Positions 42,241 to 52,439 of a DNA stretch of 64,000 bases are shown here, in pieces (position 1 is the stretch's first letter; each line of letters opens with the position of its first letter). Position numbers and translations under genes: made by a program. Source of the stretch: Candidatus Sulfomarinibacteraceae bacterium (GTDB taxonomy: Bacteria > Acidobacteriota > Thermoanaerobaculia > Thermoanaerobaculales > Sulfomarinibacteraceae); contig CAWCLO010000001.1 of assembly GCA_963796455.1 (NCBI GenBank), forward strand, positions 832,001 to 896,000, given 5' to 3'. The notes under the pieces are model-generated. The model saw only the letters and a list, made by a program, of their open reading frames with translations, was not told the DNA's origin and searched no databases.

Positions 42241-43803
42241 TTACCAGGGTTGATATTGGACCCGCAGGAGGAAGATGTCGGCCGAACCCCGATCCTTGGG
42301 GGCGGCATGGACATAGTTGAGTTCGACACGGGTTGTGGGGTTGAGGTACCAGTTGAGTCCGGCACTGATGTCGGTGAGTTGGCCGCCCTCGATCAGACCA
42401 TCGTTGAGATCGATGTTCGATATCCGACCGACAAGCTCCCACGATCCCCCGTTCTTCTTTTTGAAAGGATTTCCACCCCGGTACTTGTTGGTGTGCATAG
42501 CCCGGTCCCAGGTTGCGCTGTTTTTGCGGTAGGGTCTGCTCTCTCCGCTAAGAATCCAACCGACCTGAACATAGGATCCCCTGAAGGTGGGATCGCCGAC
42601 GACCTGGGCCGAAACCTGGCTTTCGATGTGCTCCGCCGCAATCCACAGCGGCCCCTGGATCGTAACGAACTCCACCGCCCACAGCAGCAGGTGACTGGCG
42701 TCGATTTTGCCGGTGTCTACGAGGTATCCGACAAACCGGGCCTCCGGCCGCGATCGATAGTGCGCACCCCCACTGGCTGGAGACCGCGAACTGAGCGAGG
42801 CGCCAACGTGGATGATCTTGCGTCCATTATCCCGGTACACCGGGTTGTAGGTCACTCGTCCAGTGATCGAAAGGGCCGACGCACTGGCGTTGGAGTCATT
42901 GCTTTGGCCGAAGGAAAAGAGCCCGGCCGCCCAGGTAAAACGTCCTTTGGCACCGGCGTCGTGCACCATCACGCCGGCGTTCGTCCCGGGCGAGATCGTC
43001 TGCACCGGCAGGGACCGTTCCAACAAGGGGGTGTGGTACGAACTCGCCTGTCGTTCGAAACCGAAAGGCTCCTTCATGAACCCGGCTCGGAGCTTGCCGA
43101 GGTACTTTCCCCAGACCTCGAGACCACCTTCGGAGCCCTCGATCCAGGCATCGGTAAAGCCCCAATCGGGGCCAAACTCAAAGGCGAGATTGGTGTTGAA
43201 ATTCTTAATGCGCCCGGCGGCAAAAAGTGAAAACCGGCGAATATCGAGGGTGGAATTGATGGGTGAGTAATACTCCTCGAAACGATCGTCGCTGGTGCCG
43301 GCCGTGCCGTCGATCTGGATCCTGCCACCGATCCTGAACTTGACCTGCCCGTCGAACAGACTGTAGCGGGCAATGCCCCGAACCCCGTTCATAAACCTAC
43401 CCCACTTGCTTTTCATCGGTTCGGGTTCGATTTCGTCGAGATCGAAGGGCGCATAGTCGGTGAATGCCACATCCCCGGGGTTGGTCACCTGTTCGCTTTT
43501 TGGAGTCGTTTCGTCATCCCCCCCGGACTTCGAGACCGGGGGTGCCGTCGGCGCCGGATCGGTGGCATCGACTCCCTCAGGTTCCTCCGTCGGCGTCGGC
43601 TCAACCACTTCAGCTGGAGTCGGCGCCGCCTCCGCTTCTGATGCAGGAACTTCGGTGGGTGCGGGCGAGGTTTCAGGGGTGGGTGTCGCCACAGGCGTAG
43701 GCCACGCCGGGGGGCTCTGCGCCTCGGCCACGGTACAAACCACGGCCGCAATACACAGCAGCATCATCAGAAAACCCGGAGGACAACCGGTTCGACATCT
43801 CAC
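42241..43803 (-). CDS. OprO/OprP-type phosphate-selective porin with Pro/Thr/Glu-rich N-terminal extension
   Basis: GGRIQID, DIRR, KEPFGFE, YRSRPE, GLNWYLN, C-terminal RVQY. Confidence 0.82.
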   Translation of the reverse strand: MRCRTGCPPGFLMMLLCIAAVVCTVAEAQSPPAWPTPVATPTPETSPAPTEVPASEAEAAPTPAEVVEPTPTEEPEGVDATDPAPTAPPVSKSGGDDETTPKSEQVTNPGDVAFTDYAPFDLDEIEPEPMKSKWGRFMNGVRGIARYSLFDGQVKFRIGGRIQIDGTAGTSDDRFEEYYSPINSTLDIRRFSLFAAGRIKNFNTNLAFEFGPDWGFTDAWIEGSEGGLEVWGKYLGKLRAGFMKEPFGFERQASSYHTPLLERSLPVQTISPGTNAGVMVHDAGAKGRFTWAAGLFSFGQSNDSNASASALSITGRVTYNPVYRDNGRKIIHVGASLSSRSPASGGAHYRSRPEARFVGYLVDTGKIDASHLLLWAVEFVTIQGPLWIAAEHIESQVSAQVVGDPTFRGSYVQVGWILSGESRPYRKNSATWDRAMHTNKYRGGNPFKKKNGGSWELVGRISNIDLNDGLIEGGQLTDISAGLNWYLNPTTRVELNYVHAAPKDRGSADIFLLRVQYQPW

Positions 43804-43873
43804 CTGGTTATCCTATCGCAGTACTCCCGTTAAACGCTGTGCCCGGATCCTGAAATATGTCATATTGCTGCGC

Positions 43874-45227
43874 ATGAATCATTCTTTGTCAGGCCTGGTC
43901 GCCCTATCGATGGCATTTTCAATCGCGGCATGTGGCGGGAGTGGGACGGTGGATATGGAATCCTCGATGTCGACTGAAGACGAAGTGAGACAAGAACTCG
44001 CCCGGCTCGTGGCCGGTGGCGGGGATCCGACCCGTGAGCTCGCCGGGCTCGCGGTGGCGGTCCTGCGGGGTGGTGAGGTGGTTTTCGAGGACACCTACGG
44101 GCGCGCCAAAATCGACCCCGGGGGTGAACAGGATCGCGCACTCACACCCGATAACCTCATGCGGATTGCATCGATTTCCAAAACCCTCTCCGCCATCGTT
44201 GTCATGCAGTTGGTGGAGGAAGGCACACTCGACCTGGATCGTGACGTCTCGGAATACCTGGGGTGGGAGCTTCGCAATCCGAACTACCCCGATCGGGCCA
44301 TCACCCTGCGGTACCTGCTCGCCCACGTCTCCTCGATTCGCGACGCGGGAGAGTCCTACATCATCCGCTACCCACGAGCGCTGCAGGAGGCCTTCGACCC
44401 GGCCGATCCCGGATTTCGGAGAAAGATTTCAGACCGCCGACGAGGGCAGGGACCGGGGACCAGGGGTCTTCTTCGAGTACTGCAATTTGAACTACGGTGT
44501 GATCGGCACTGTACTCGAAAAGGTGACCGGGGTCCGGTTCGACGTCCTGATGGGCGAGCGCTTTTTCGACCCGCTGGGTCTGCCTGGTGGTTTCAACGTC
44601 GCCGACCTTTCCGAGGGCGATCAGCAGATGGTGGCGACCCTCTATCGCAAACGCGACCGGGAGGATGTCTGGCATCCCGATGGTGAATGGGTGGCCCAGG
44701 TGGACGATCTGAGCTCGGGTATCCCGACGGCGCTGCCGGATGACGCTGCATATGTCCCGGGAAACAACGGCGCACAATTCAGCCCGCAGGGCGGGGCCCG
44801 GTTGTCGCTGAAGGGCCTCGAGACCCTGGCGATGCTCTTCCTCGGCGACGGCAGCGTGGGAGAGATCCAAATGCTGTCTCCAGAGGGTATGGCGGAGCTG
44901 CGGCGCGAGGTCTGGCGGTACGATTCGGAGAAACAGAACCTTGACGACTCCGACGGCACTCTCAATGCCTGGGCGGCAGGAATTCGGATCATCACCAGTG
45001 AAACCACAGGAGACCGCCTTTTCGCCGGCGACGACCGCGAGTGGTACGGACATTTTGGCGAGGCCTACGGGCTCCTTGCCGGCGTCTGGGCCCACCCCGA
45101 ATCAGGCGACGCCGTGATCTATGCGATCACCGGGTCCGCCTTCAACCCCAGCGCCGATGAGGGCCCCACCAGCACCCTCGCGCCCGTCGAGGCCCAAATC
45201 CTCGCCCAACTCGGGAGCTTGCTGTAG
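43874..45227 (+). CDS. Serine hydrolase (beta-lactamase family) lipoprotein; one frameshift near 44410
   Basis: IAAC lipobox, RIASISK (SxxK), YCN, GHFGEAYG; split over ORFs 43460-44686 and 44016-45227. Confidence 0.8.
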
Positions 45228-45291
45228 CTCAAGCTAAGCGAAGGCTCCACCTCAATTCGCTTCCGAGCCCTAATGGGCGCTGGGGAAATTG

Positions 45292-45416
45292 GGGAAAGGG
45301 AGAAAGGGAGATCGCCCGTTCGCCCTGTCGATCGGCGTCGCGTCGAGAGCGAAAGCGATTTCTTTTCTGCGTTCATCTGCGTGATCTGCGGTTTCTCCGT
45401 CTCGCATCGCCACCGG
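45292..45416 (+). repeat. ~125-bp direct repeat family, copy 1
   Basis: aaagggagatcg.cc.ttcgccctg.cga...atctgcgtg.tctgcggttt..ccgtctcgc; also at 46936 and 47328; partial copies at ~19710 and ~21490 (inverted). Confidence 0.85.
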
Positions 45417-45459
45417 ACACCCTAACCCTTGCCCGCCGAATGGGTCGGAGACCGTCCAC

Positions 45460-46896
45460 TCAACTCACAATCAAATAGATGATCACCGCAACCGCTCCAC
45501 CGACGAGGGCGTAGGGAATCTGGGTTCGCACGTGGTCCATGTGATCCGATGCCGAGGCCATGGACGAAATGATGGTGGTGTCGGAGATCGGCGAGCAGTG
45601 GTCGCCGAAGACGCCGCCACCCAGCACCGCGGCAAGATAGAGCGGCAAGGGGCCACCCTGAGCCGCGGCCAGCGGCACCGCGATCGGCACCATGAGGGCG
45701 AAGGTCCCCCATGATGTGCCGGTGGCGAAGGCCATGAAGGAGGCGAGGACAAAAGACCCGGCAACGGCCACTTTGGCTCCGGTGGCGCCGCCGATGATCG
45801 CCGCCACATAGGCGCCCGTACCCAACTCCCGCACGACGCTCCCCAGAGCGAAGGCAAGCACCAAAAGGGTGACGACGGGGATCATGCCCCCCATCCCTTT
45901 GAAAATGTGATCGACGAATTGCCGTCCCGACATGCGGCAGGGCCCCAGGGCGATCACCGCCAGCACCGCCAGGCTCGCCAGGACCGCCCAGAGGACGGCG
46001 GTGGAACCGGAACTGGCCTGGATCATCTCCCAGAGGCCCGCGTCCGGGGAGCTTCCCCGCCTGCCGGTAACGAGAATGCCGGCCACGATGGCGCCGACCA
46101 TGGTCACCACCGGAAGAACCAGATAGAGGGCCCTCGGCCGGACACCCGGATCCGGTGTCGCCGCCAGCACCTCCTCGGCCACCATCGGTTGGGCGCCGTC
46201 CGCCAAGAGCTTTCCCTCTTCGAGCGCGCGGCGTTCGGCCGACCGCATGGGGCCGAAATCCCGACCGGCCAGAATCGTCACCAGCACCAGCACGATGGCC
46301 AGCATGGGGTAGAAATTCCAGCGAATACTGGCGAGAAGGACGGCAACCGGGTTGGCCACATCCTGCACGGCGAGAAGCCCGATCACCAACGCGCCCCAAC
46401 CATTGAATGGAACCAGTATGCATACGGGGGCGGAGGTGGAGTCACAGATATAGGCGAGCTTTTCCCGGCTCACACGGTAACGATCGGTGAGCGGCCGTCC
46501 CACGGTGCCCGCCACAAGGGCGGTGATTGAGCTCTCTACCGTGATCAGGACACCGAGCAGAAAGGGCACCATCTGTGCCTGCCGGCGGTTGGTGACCCAG
46601 CGGCGATCGGCAACCGCGGCAACAAAGCCCTCGACCCCTCCGGTGGCGCTGATCAGTGTCAGGACGGAGCCGACGAGAAGGCTGTAAAGCAGGATCCGAG
46701 TATTGCCCGCATCCTGAAACACACCCACAATGGAGTTGACTGTCGAACCGGTCGCGGTGACAGGGTTCCAGCCCGCAACAACCAGCCAGCCCATCCATAC
46801 GCCGAGAAGAAGAGCCGGGTAGATCTGCTTCTTCCACAAGGCCAGACCGAGCGCGGCCAGCGGAGGCAGCAGGGACCAGAAACCAAAGCTCTCCAT
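45460..46896 (-). CDS. Na+/H+ antiporter NhaC family protein
   Basis: SREKLAYICDSTSAP, FATGTSWGT, GDHCSPISDTT, HVRTQIPY. Confidence 0.92.
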   Translation of the reverse strand: MESFGFWSLLPPLAALGLALWKKQIYPALLLGVWMGWLVVAGWNPVTATGSTVNSIVGVFQDAGNTRILLYSLLVGSVLTLISATGGVEGFVAAVADRRWVTNRRQAQMVPFLLGVLITVESSITALVAGTVGRPLTDRYRVSREKLAYICDSTSAPVCILVPFNGWGALVIGLLAVQDVANPVAVLLASIRWNFYPMLAIVLVLVTILAGRDFGPMRSAERRALEEGKLLADGAQPMVAEEVLAATPDPGVRPRALYLVLPVVTMVGAIVAGILVTGRRGSSPDAGLWEMIQASSGSTAVLWAVLASLAVLAVIALGPCRMSGRQFVDHIFKGMGGMIPVVTLLVLAFALGSVVRELGTGAYVAAIIGGATGAKVAVAGSFVLASFMAFATGTSWGTFALMVPIAVPLAAAQGGPLPLYLAAVLGGGVFGDHCSPISDTTIISSMASASDHMDHVRTQIPYALVGGAVAVIIYLIVS

Positions 46897-46935
46897 GGTT
46901 CGCGAATATACACCAGGCTCTGCCCGACCCCCTGC

Positions 46936-47082
46936 CGATGTGACCGGAGGAGAGGGTGAAAGGGTGAAAGGGGGAAAGGGAGATCGTCCATTCGCCCTGC
47001 CGATGACGGTCGCATCAAGAGCGATTTGTTATCTGCGTCCATCTGCGTGGTCTGCGGTTTCGCCGTCTCGCCCCGCCACCGG
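46936..47082 (+). repeat. ~125-bp direct repeat family, copy 2
   Basis: Sequence match to copies 1 and 3. Confidence 0.85.
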
Positions 47083-47177
47083 AAATCCCACCCAGACCTC
47101 ACCTCCGCTCCCGAGCCCGATCCCGGCAGGGAGAACCACCCGGCGCCGATTCCTCCTGCATGGGAATGCCGCCTCCC

Positions 47178-47295
47178 GATGTCATCCTGAGCGGAGCCCC
47201 ACAGGGGCGTAGTCGAAGGATCTATGTGCTGGACCGGAACGCCCGTGAGCCGCAGATCCTTCGACTTCGGCTTCGCCTCCGCTCAGGATGACATC
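47178..47295. repeat. Inverted doublet of GTCATCCTGAGCG...GAAGGATCT REP-like units
   Basis: 47178-47223 pairs with the reverse-complement unit at 47254-47295. Confidence 0.8.
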
Positions 47296-47327
47296 TTGAA
47301 CGTCCGTTCCGTTCCCGATCTCGTTCC

Positions 47328-47455
47328 CGATGTACCGGAGGAAAGGGTGAAAGGGAGATCGTCCATTCGCCCTGTCGATGACGGTCGCATCGAGAGCGAT
47401 TTGTCATCTGCGTCCATCTGCGTGGTCTGCGGTTTCTCCGTCTCGCCTCGCCACC
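47328..47455 (+). repeat. ~125-bp direct repeat family, copy 3
   Basis: Near-identical to copy 2. Confidence 0.85.
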
Positions 47456-47483
47456 GAGAACCTGACCCGTCCCTGATGCACAG

Positions 47484-47529
47484 AAAAAAGCCCCGGAGGG
47501 GCGACAGATCAGAGTAAACCGCCGGGGCT
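47484..47529 (-). terminator. Putative intrinsic terminator after the sulfatase-like gene
   Basis: AGCCCCGG/CCGGGGCT stem followed by a T run on the minus strand; long loop. Confidence 0.5.
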
Positions 47530-47549
47530 CGAGACTCCGAACGAACTCC

Positions 47550-49596
47550 CTAGCGAACGGGGCCGTTCTGAAAGAGCGGTTCGTTCTCGATCATTCGACG
47601 CATCTCGGGATCGCCCGCTTCGTAGGCGAGTCGGACCCGCTCCCGCCAATCAGGTTCACCCAATACGACGCTGGCCTGGGCACGCTTTAAAACGGCCATG
47701 GCATAGCCGGGATGATCTCGAGGCACCTGATCCAGGGCCTGGGCCGCTTCGAAGGGGCGTCGGGACGCCAGATAACAGACGCCGAGCTCGAGATGGCGGT
47801 TGAAGGCCTCGCCCTGGAGTCTCCGCGCCTCCTCGAAAGCCCTGATCGCCGCCGGCGTATCGGTCATCGCCATCTCGATTTCTCCGAGCCTCACCCAGTC
47901 TGCTGCGGGTGCCTCCTTCAAGACGACGATCCGCTGGAGCAAGCGGGCGGCATCCTCATATCGGCCCTCACTTTCGCGAATTCGCGCCAGCGCTTCCAGG
48001 GCGGGCAGCTTGCGAGGCATGGCGACCAGGACCTGCTCGAAGAGAGGCGCCGACAGATCCCAGTGTCGAAATCGAAAATAGTGCATCGCCAGGTAGTGCT
48101 GCAGATCGATCGATCCGGGGTGGATCTCTTCCGCCCTCGCGAAGAGCCGCCCGGCCTGTTCCTCATCACCGAGGACCGAGTGCGCCACGGCGAGCCGCAC
48201 CGCCACCATCAGATTCATGGGGTCTTCTTCAAATACCTTTTCAAAGACCCTGATAGAGGCCTCGAACTCGTCCCGGGCAAAAAGGGCAGAACCCTCGTCG
48301 AGATCGCCGAAAAGGTGGGTCATGCTTCTGGGGCTCGGGGCATTCTCACGAACCGTGACCGGGCCATCCCATCCCACATAACCCAGGGCCGCCAGTTGCC
48401 GTCTGGTCTCCTCATCAAGGGTGTCGGAAGTGGCTTCCTCGGCACCGGCGGGCACCAATGCATAGTCACGAATCGCCTCGAAGATCTCCAGGTCGATTGC
48501 CACCGATTGACTCAGATCAACGGATTCCGAGGGATCAGTTCGCAGATCGTAGACTTCGGTCTCATCCGTCTGGATGACCTTGATCGAGTCCTTGACGGCC
48601 ATCACCTGGGGCTGCCACCCGTATTGAAGGAAGGGCTTCAATGCCTCCCCGATGACCACCTCCGGATCGGAGCTCAACAAATCGAAATCCGAATCGAGAC
48701 CGGCCCACCCGAGGATGGTGTCAAAGACCCGTCGGGTGCTGACCGCGGTCTCCACTTGCGCAATCGGGATCCCGGCTGCCCGCCACCACCAACGGCACCC
48801 GCATCACGCCGCTGTACAGCAGATTCCCGTGGAACAGCTCACCGTGATCCCCGAGCCCCTCGCCGTGATCGCCGACAACCACGATCTTCGACTCTCCCCC
48901 ATCAAGACGCCTCTCAAAGGCCTCGATCAACCGCCCCAACTCGTGGTCCATATACGCGATCTCGCCAAGGTAGGGTGCGGACGCGTAGCGGGAAGCGAAT
49001 GGTTCCGGAGGCGCATAGGGATCGTGGGGATCGAAATAGTGGACCCAGACGAAAACCGGTCCGCGAAGCTTGGTCTCGAGATACGCGAGCGCCTGATCAG
49101 TGGTCGGTCCGGCAGCCCGTTCGGCGTTGCCCTTACCCATATCATCGTCATAGTGATCGAATCCCCGCGCCAGCCCGAAACGCCGTTTGAGCGGGTATCC
49201 CGAGATGAACGCTGCGGTCGAATAGCCCTCCTGCCGGAGGCGCTCCGCAAGGAGACTTCGCTCCTCATCAAGAAAACGTGAATTTTCCCGAATGCCATGT
49301 TCCGAGGGGTAGAGCCCGGTCATTATCGAGGTATGAGACGGCAGGGTCATGGGTACGGTGGTAAAGGCCTGCTTGAAGCGCACTCCCCTGGCGGCCAGAG
49401 CATCGAGCGCCGGTGTCTCCACGGCATCGGACTCGAAACCGATACTGTCGGCCCGGGTGGTATCCAGGGTGACCAGAAGAATGGACGGCGCGGACGGATC
49501 GACCTTTACCGGAGCCTGCGGTTGCTCCGGCGAGCACGAAACACATCCCAGTGCGAGCACGACGACGATCGGAACCCGGGCGTTTTGACTGAACAT
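47550..49596 (-). CDS. Sulfatase-like hydrolase with C-terminal TPRs; frameshift near 48760-48790
   Basis: LVTLDTTRAD, TLPSHTSIMTG, HYFDPH, GDHGE, HG, QLAALGY, then TPRs; split over two ORFs. Confidence 0.8.
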
Positions 49597-49715
49597 GAGG
49601 AGATCCTATCGCAAGGGCCTTCGCAACGGTAGACCCTGGAGTCGAAGATGTATGATGCTCGAAATCCGCGGACCTGTATGATGCTGGCCGCAAAACGCGC
49701 ACTACGAGGCGATGA

Positions 49716-50720
49716 ATGACCCAGCTCCGCCATCACACCGTCGATCTCCAACTCCGGCACACCTTTCGCCTGGCTCGGGGGGACAGCGACTCCCGCCGGG
49801 TTCTCATCGTGGAAATCGAGCACGATGGTCTCGTCGGTCGCGGAGAGGCCGCGCCCATCGCCCGCTACGGGCAGGATGCCGTGTCGGCCGCGCGGGCCGC
49901 CGAGGCGATGGTCGCTCGCCTGGACGACCTCCGATGCTTCGATTCGGCGGCAGCCCGCGTTGCGGTCGCTGGTGAGCCCGCGGCAGAGGCCGCCATCGAC
50001 ATGGCTCTGCGCGATCTGGCCGGCAAGAGATTGGGAGTGCCGGTCTACGAAATGATGGGAATCGACCCGGGCACCATGCCGGTGACCTCCTTCACCATCG
50101 GAATGGATACTCCCGAGGTGATCGAACAGAAGGTCCGCGAGGCCGAAGCCTACGAGGTTCTCAAGGTCAAGATGGGCTCCCCCGACGACCACCTCGTGCT
50201 CGAAACGGTTCGCGGTCTGACGGACCGCACGGTGAGGGTGGACGCCAACGAGGGTTGGTCGTTGGGCAATGCTCTCGCTCGCCTCGAATGGCTGAAGTCC
50301 CTCGGTGTGGAACTCGTGGAGCAGCCGCTTCCCGCCGACAAGCTCGATGAGATGCGTGAGTTGAAGAGACAGAGCCCGCTGCCGCTCATCGCCGACGAAA
50401 GCGTCGGGCGCGCCGAGGATATTCCGCAGCTGGCCGAGTCGTTCGACGGCATCAACATCAAGCTGATGAAATGCGGTGGCCTCGGCGAGGCCCTGCGCAT
50501 GATTCACGTCGCCCGCGCCCACGGATTGAAGATCATGCTGGGCTGCATGGTGGAGTCGTCCATGGCGATCACCGCCGCCGCGCATCTCGCCCCTCTCGTT
50601 GACTATGTCGACCTCGACGGAAATCTCCTGATCACTAATGATCCGTTCATCGGGGCCTCGGTTCGAGACGGCAAACTGGTCTTGCCATCCGAACCGGGTT
50701 TGGGTGTGCGGGACCGATAA
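49716..50720 (+). CDS. L-Ala-D/L-Glu dipeptide epimerase (enolase superfamily)
   Basis: KVK, VDANEGW, EQP, ADES, NIKLMKCGG, GCMVES, DLDG. Confidence 0.9.
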   Translation: MTQLRHHTVDLQLRHTFRLARGDSDSRRVLIVEIEHDGLVGRGEAAPIARYGQDAVSAARAAEAMVARLDDLRCFDSAAARVAVAGEPAAEAAIDMALRDLAGKRLGVPVYEMMGIDPGTMPVTSFTIGMDTPEVIEQKVREAEAYEVLKVKMGSPDDHLVLETVRGLTDRTVRVDANEGWSLGNALARLEWLKSLGVELVEQPLPADKLDEMRELKRQSPLPLIADESVGRAEDIPQLAESFDGINIKLMKCGGLGEALRMIHVARAHGLKIMLGCMVESSMAITAAAHLAPLVDYVDLDGNLLITNDPFIGASVRDGKLVLPSEPGLGVRDR

Positions 50721-50733
50721 CTGGATACAACAA

Positions 50734-51633
50734 ATGCCTTTTGTCATCGGAATCGACGCGGGCGGCACCAAGACAGTGGGGATCCTGGCCGACGAGACCG
50801 GAAAGGTGATTTCCAAAACCATTTCCGGCAGCGCCAACCTGGTGATGAAGGGAGAGCTCGCGGTCGAGAAGGTCCTTTTCGACGTGATCGAGTCGCTCGA
50901 AGCTCCCGAACCGCTGGCTGCTCTCTGTCTCGGCATCGCCGGTGTGGGGCAGCCCGGTGCCGATCAGTTGATCCGCGACGTGCTTCGCCGCCTCGGCCAG
51001 CGCCAGCCGGTCCGGGTGGTCAACGACGCCCTGGTGGCTCTCGTGGCCGGCGCACCGGCCGGCATCGGAATCGTGGTCGTGGCCGGTACCGGCTCCATCG
51101 CCTACGGTGTGGATCCCGAGGGTCACGAGGCCCGGTCCGGTGGTTGGGGCTACCTCCTCGGCGACGAGGGCTCGGCCTTCTGGCTCGGCCACTATGCGGT
51201 GAGGCACGCCATCCGTGCCGCCGACGGGCGGGGGGTCGCCACCACGCTCTACTCGCTGATCTGCGAAAAACTCGGAGTCTCGGACCCCACCGAGCTGGTG
51301 GAGTGGTTCTACGACCAGGAGCTCTCTCGCAACCGGGTCGCCGATCTGGCTCCCCTGGTCGAAACGGCCTGGGCAGACGGCGACGAGGCGGCGGAAACCC
51401 TCATGGATCAGGCAAGCAAGCACCTCGCCAAGGCCGCCAAAGCGGTGGCCGGACAACTCGTCTTTCCCGGTCGTTATCCCATCGTCCTCGCCGGTGGCGC
51501 CTTCAAGGCCTGCCCGAGCCTCGCCCCGCGTGTCGCCGGGCTGCTCGCTGAACTGCCCGAGGCGGAAGTTCGGCTGCTCGAGGTCGAACCGGCCATGGGC
51601 GCCGTCACGCTGGCCCTGGAGCTGTTGCAGTGA
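50734..51633 (+). CDS. BadF/BcrA-type amino-sugar kinase (GlcNAc/MurNAc kinase-like)
   Basis: GIDAGGTKT, VVNDA, AGTGS, GGWGYLLGDEGS. Confidence 0.85.
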   Translation: MPFVIGIDAGGTKTVGILADETGKVISKTISGSANLVMKGELAVEKVLFDVIESLEAPEPLAALCLGIAGVGQPGADQLIRDVLRRLGQRQPVRVVNDALVALVAGAPAGIGIVVVAGTGSIAYGVDPEGHEARSGGWGYLLGDEGSAFWLGHYAVRHAIRAADGRGVATTLYSLICEKLGVSDPTELVEWFYDQELSRNRVADLAPLVETAWADGDEAAETLMDQASKHLAKAAKAVAGQLVFPGRYPIVLAGGAFKACPSLAPRVAGLLAELPEAEVRLLEVEPAMGAVTLALELLQ

Positions 51634-52403
51634 ACTCCTCCGGCAACCGAGTACTGATCGTCAACGCGGACGATCTCGGACGGACCTCCGGCATCAACTC
51701 CGGCATCTTCGAGGCCCACAACGACGGCCTGGTCACCAGCGCGACCCTGATGGTCGCGTACGCCGCGGCCGAGGAAGCCGCCTCCCGGCTCGATGACTTT
51801 CCCGACCTGGGAGTCGGCCTCCACGTCGCCCTGACCGGAGGCCCCTCGATCCTGCCCGCGGAACGTCTGCCAAGCCTGACCGATGGTCTCGGGCGTCTTC
51901 CGGCAAAACCCGAGGGACTCGTGCAACCGGCTCTTGAGGAAGTGATGCTGGAGGCGAGGGCGCAATTCGATCGTTTTCTCGAACTCACCGGTCGCCTGCC
52001 GACCCACCTGGACAGCCACCACCATTCACACCGTCATCCAGTGGTCTGCGAAGCACTGATCGCCTTGGCCCGGGAACACGATCTCCCGATTCGCAATGCC
52101 TCCCCGGATGTCGGGGAACTGGTTCGCCGCCAGGGGGTCACCACCACCGACTCCTTCGTCGAAGACTTCTTCGGAGAAGACGCACAGCTCGGCAACCTGA
52201 TCGGGATTCTCGGCAACATACGACCCGGAGTCACCGAGATCATGTGCCACCCCGCTCGGGTTGACGACGAGCTGCGCTCGAGCAGCAGTTACGCCGACGA
52301 GAGGGACCGCGAGCTCGAGGTGCTGACCTCGGCGCCCGCCCTGCAGGCGGTGCAGGAGCTCGGTCTGCGCTCCGCCCACTTCGGAACGGCATGGAAATCC
52401 TGA
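51630..52403 (+). CDS. ChbG/HpnK/YdjC family carbohydrate deacetylase
   Basis: LIVNADDLG, GVGLH, THLDSHHH, EIMCHP. Confidence 0.9.
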   Translation: MNSSGNRVLIVNADDLGRTSGINSGIFEAHNDGLVTSATLMVAYAAAEEAASRLDDFPDLGVGLHVALTGGPSILPAERLPSLTDGLGRLPAKPEGLVQPALEEVMLEARAQFDRFLELTGRLPTHLDSHHHSHRHPVVCEALIALAREHDLPIRNASPDVGELVRRQGVTTTDSFVEDFFGEDAQLGNLIGILGNIRPGVTEIMCHPARVDDELRSSSSYADERDRELEVLTSAPALQAVQELGLRSAHFGTAWKS

Positions 52404-52439
52404 GACGTCCAGGCCCGGCAGCGTCGCGGGAGATAGCCG

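Noticed and set aside
45292..47455. CRISPR array
   Set aside because: Repeats are ~125 bp, degenerate and irregularly spaced; no cas genes.
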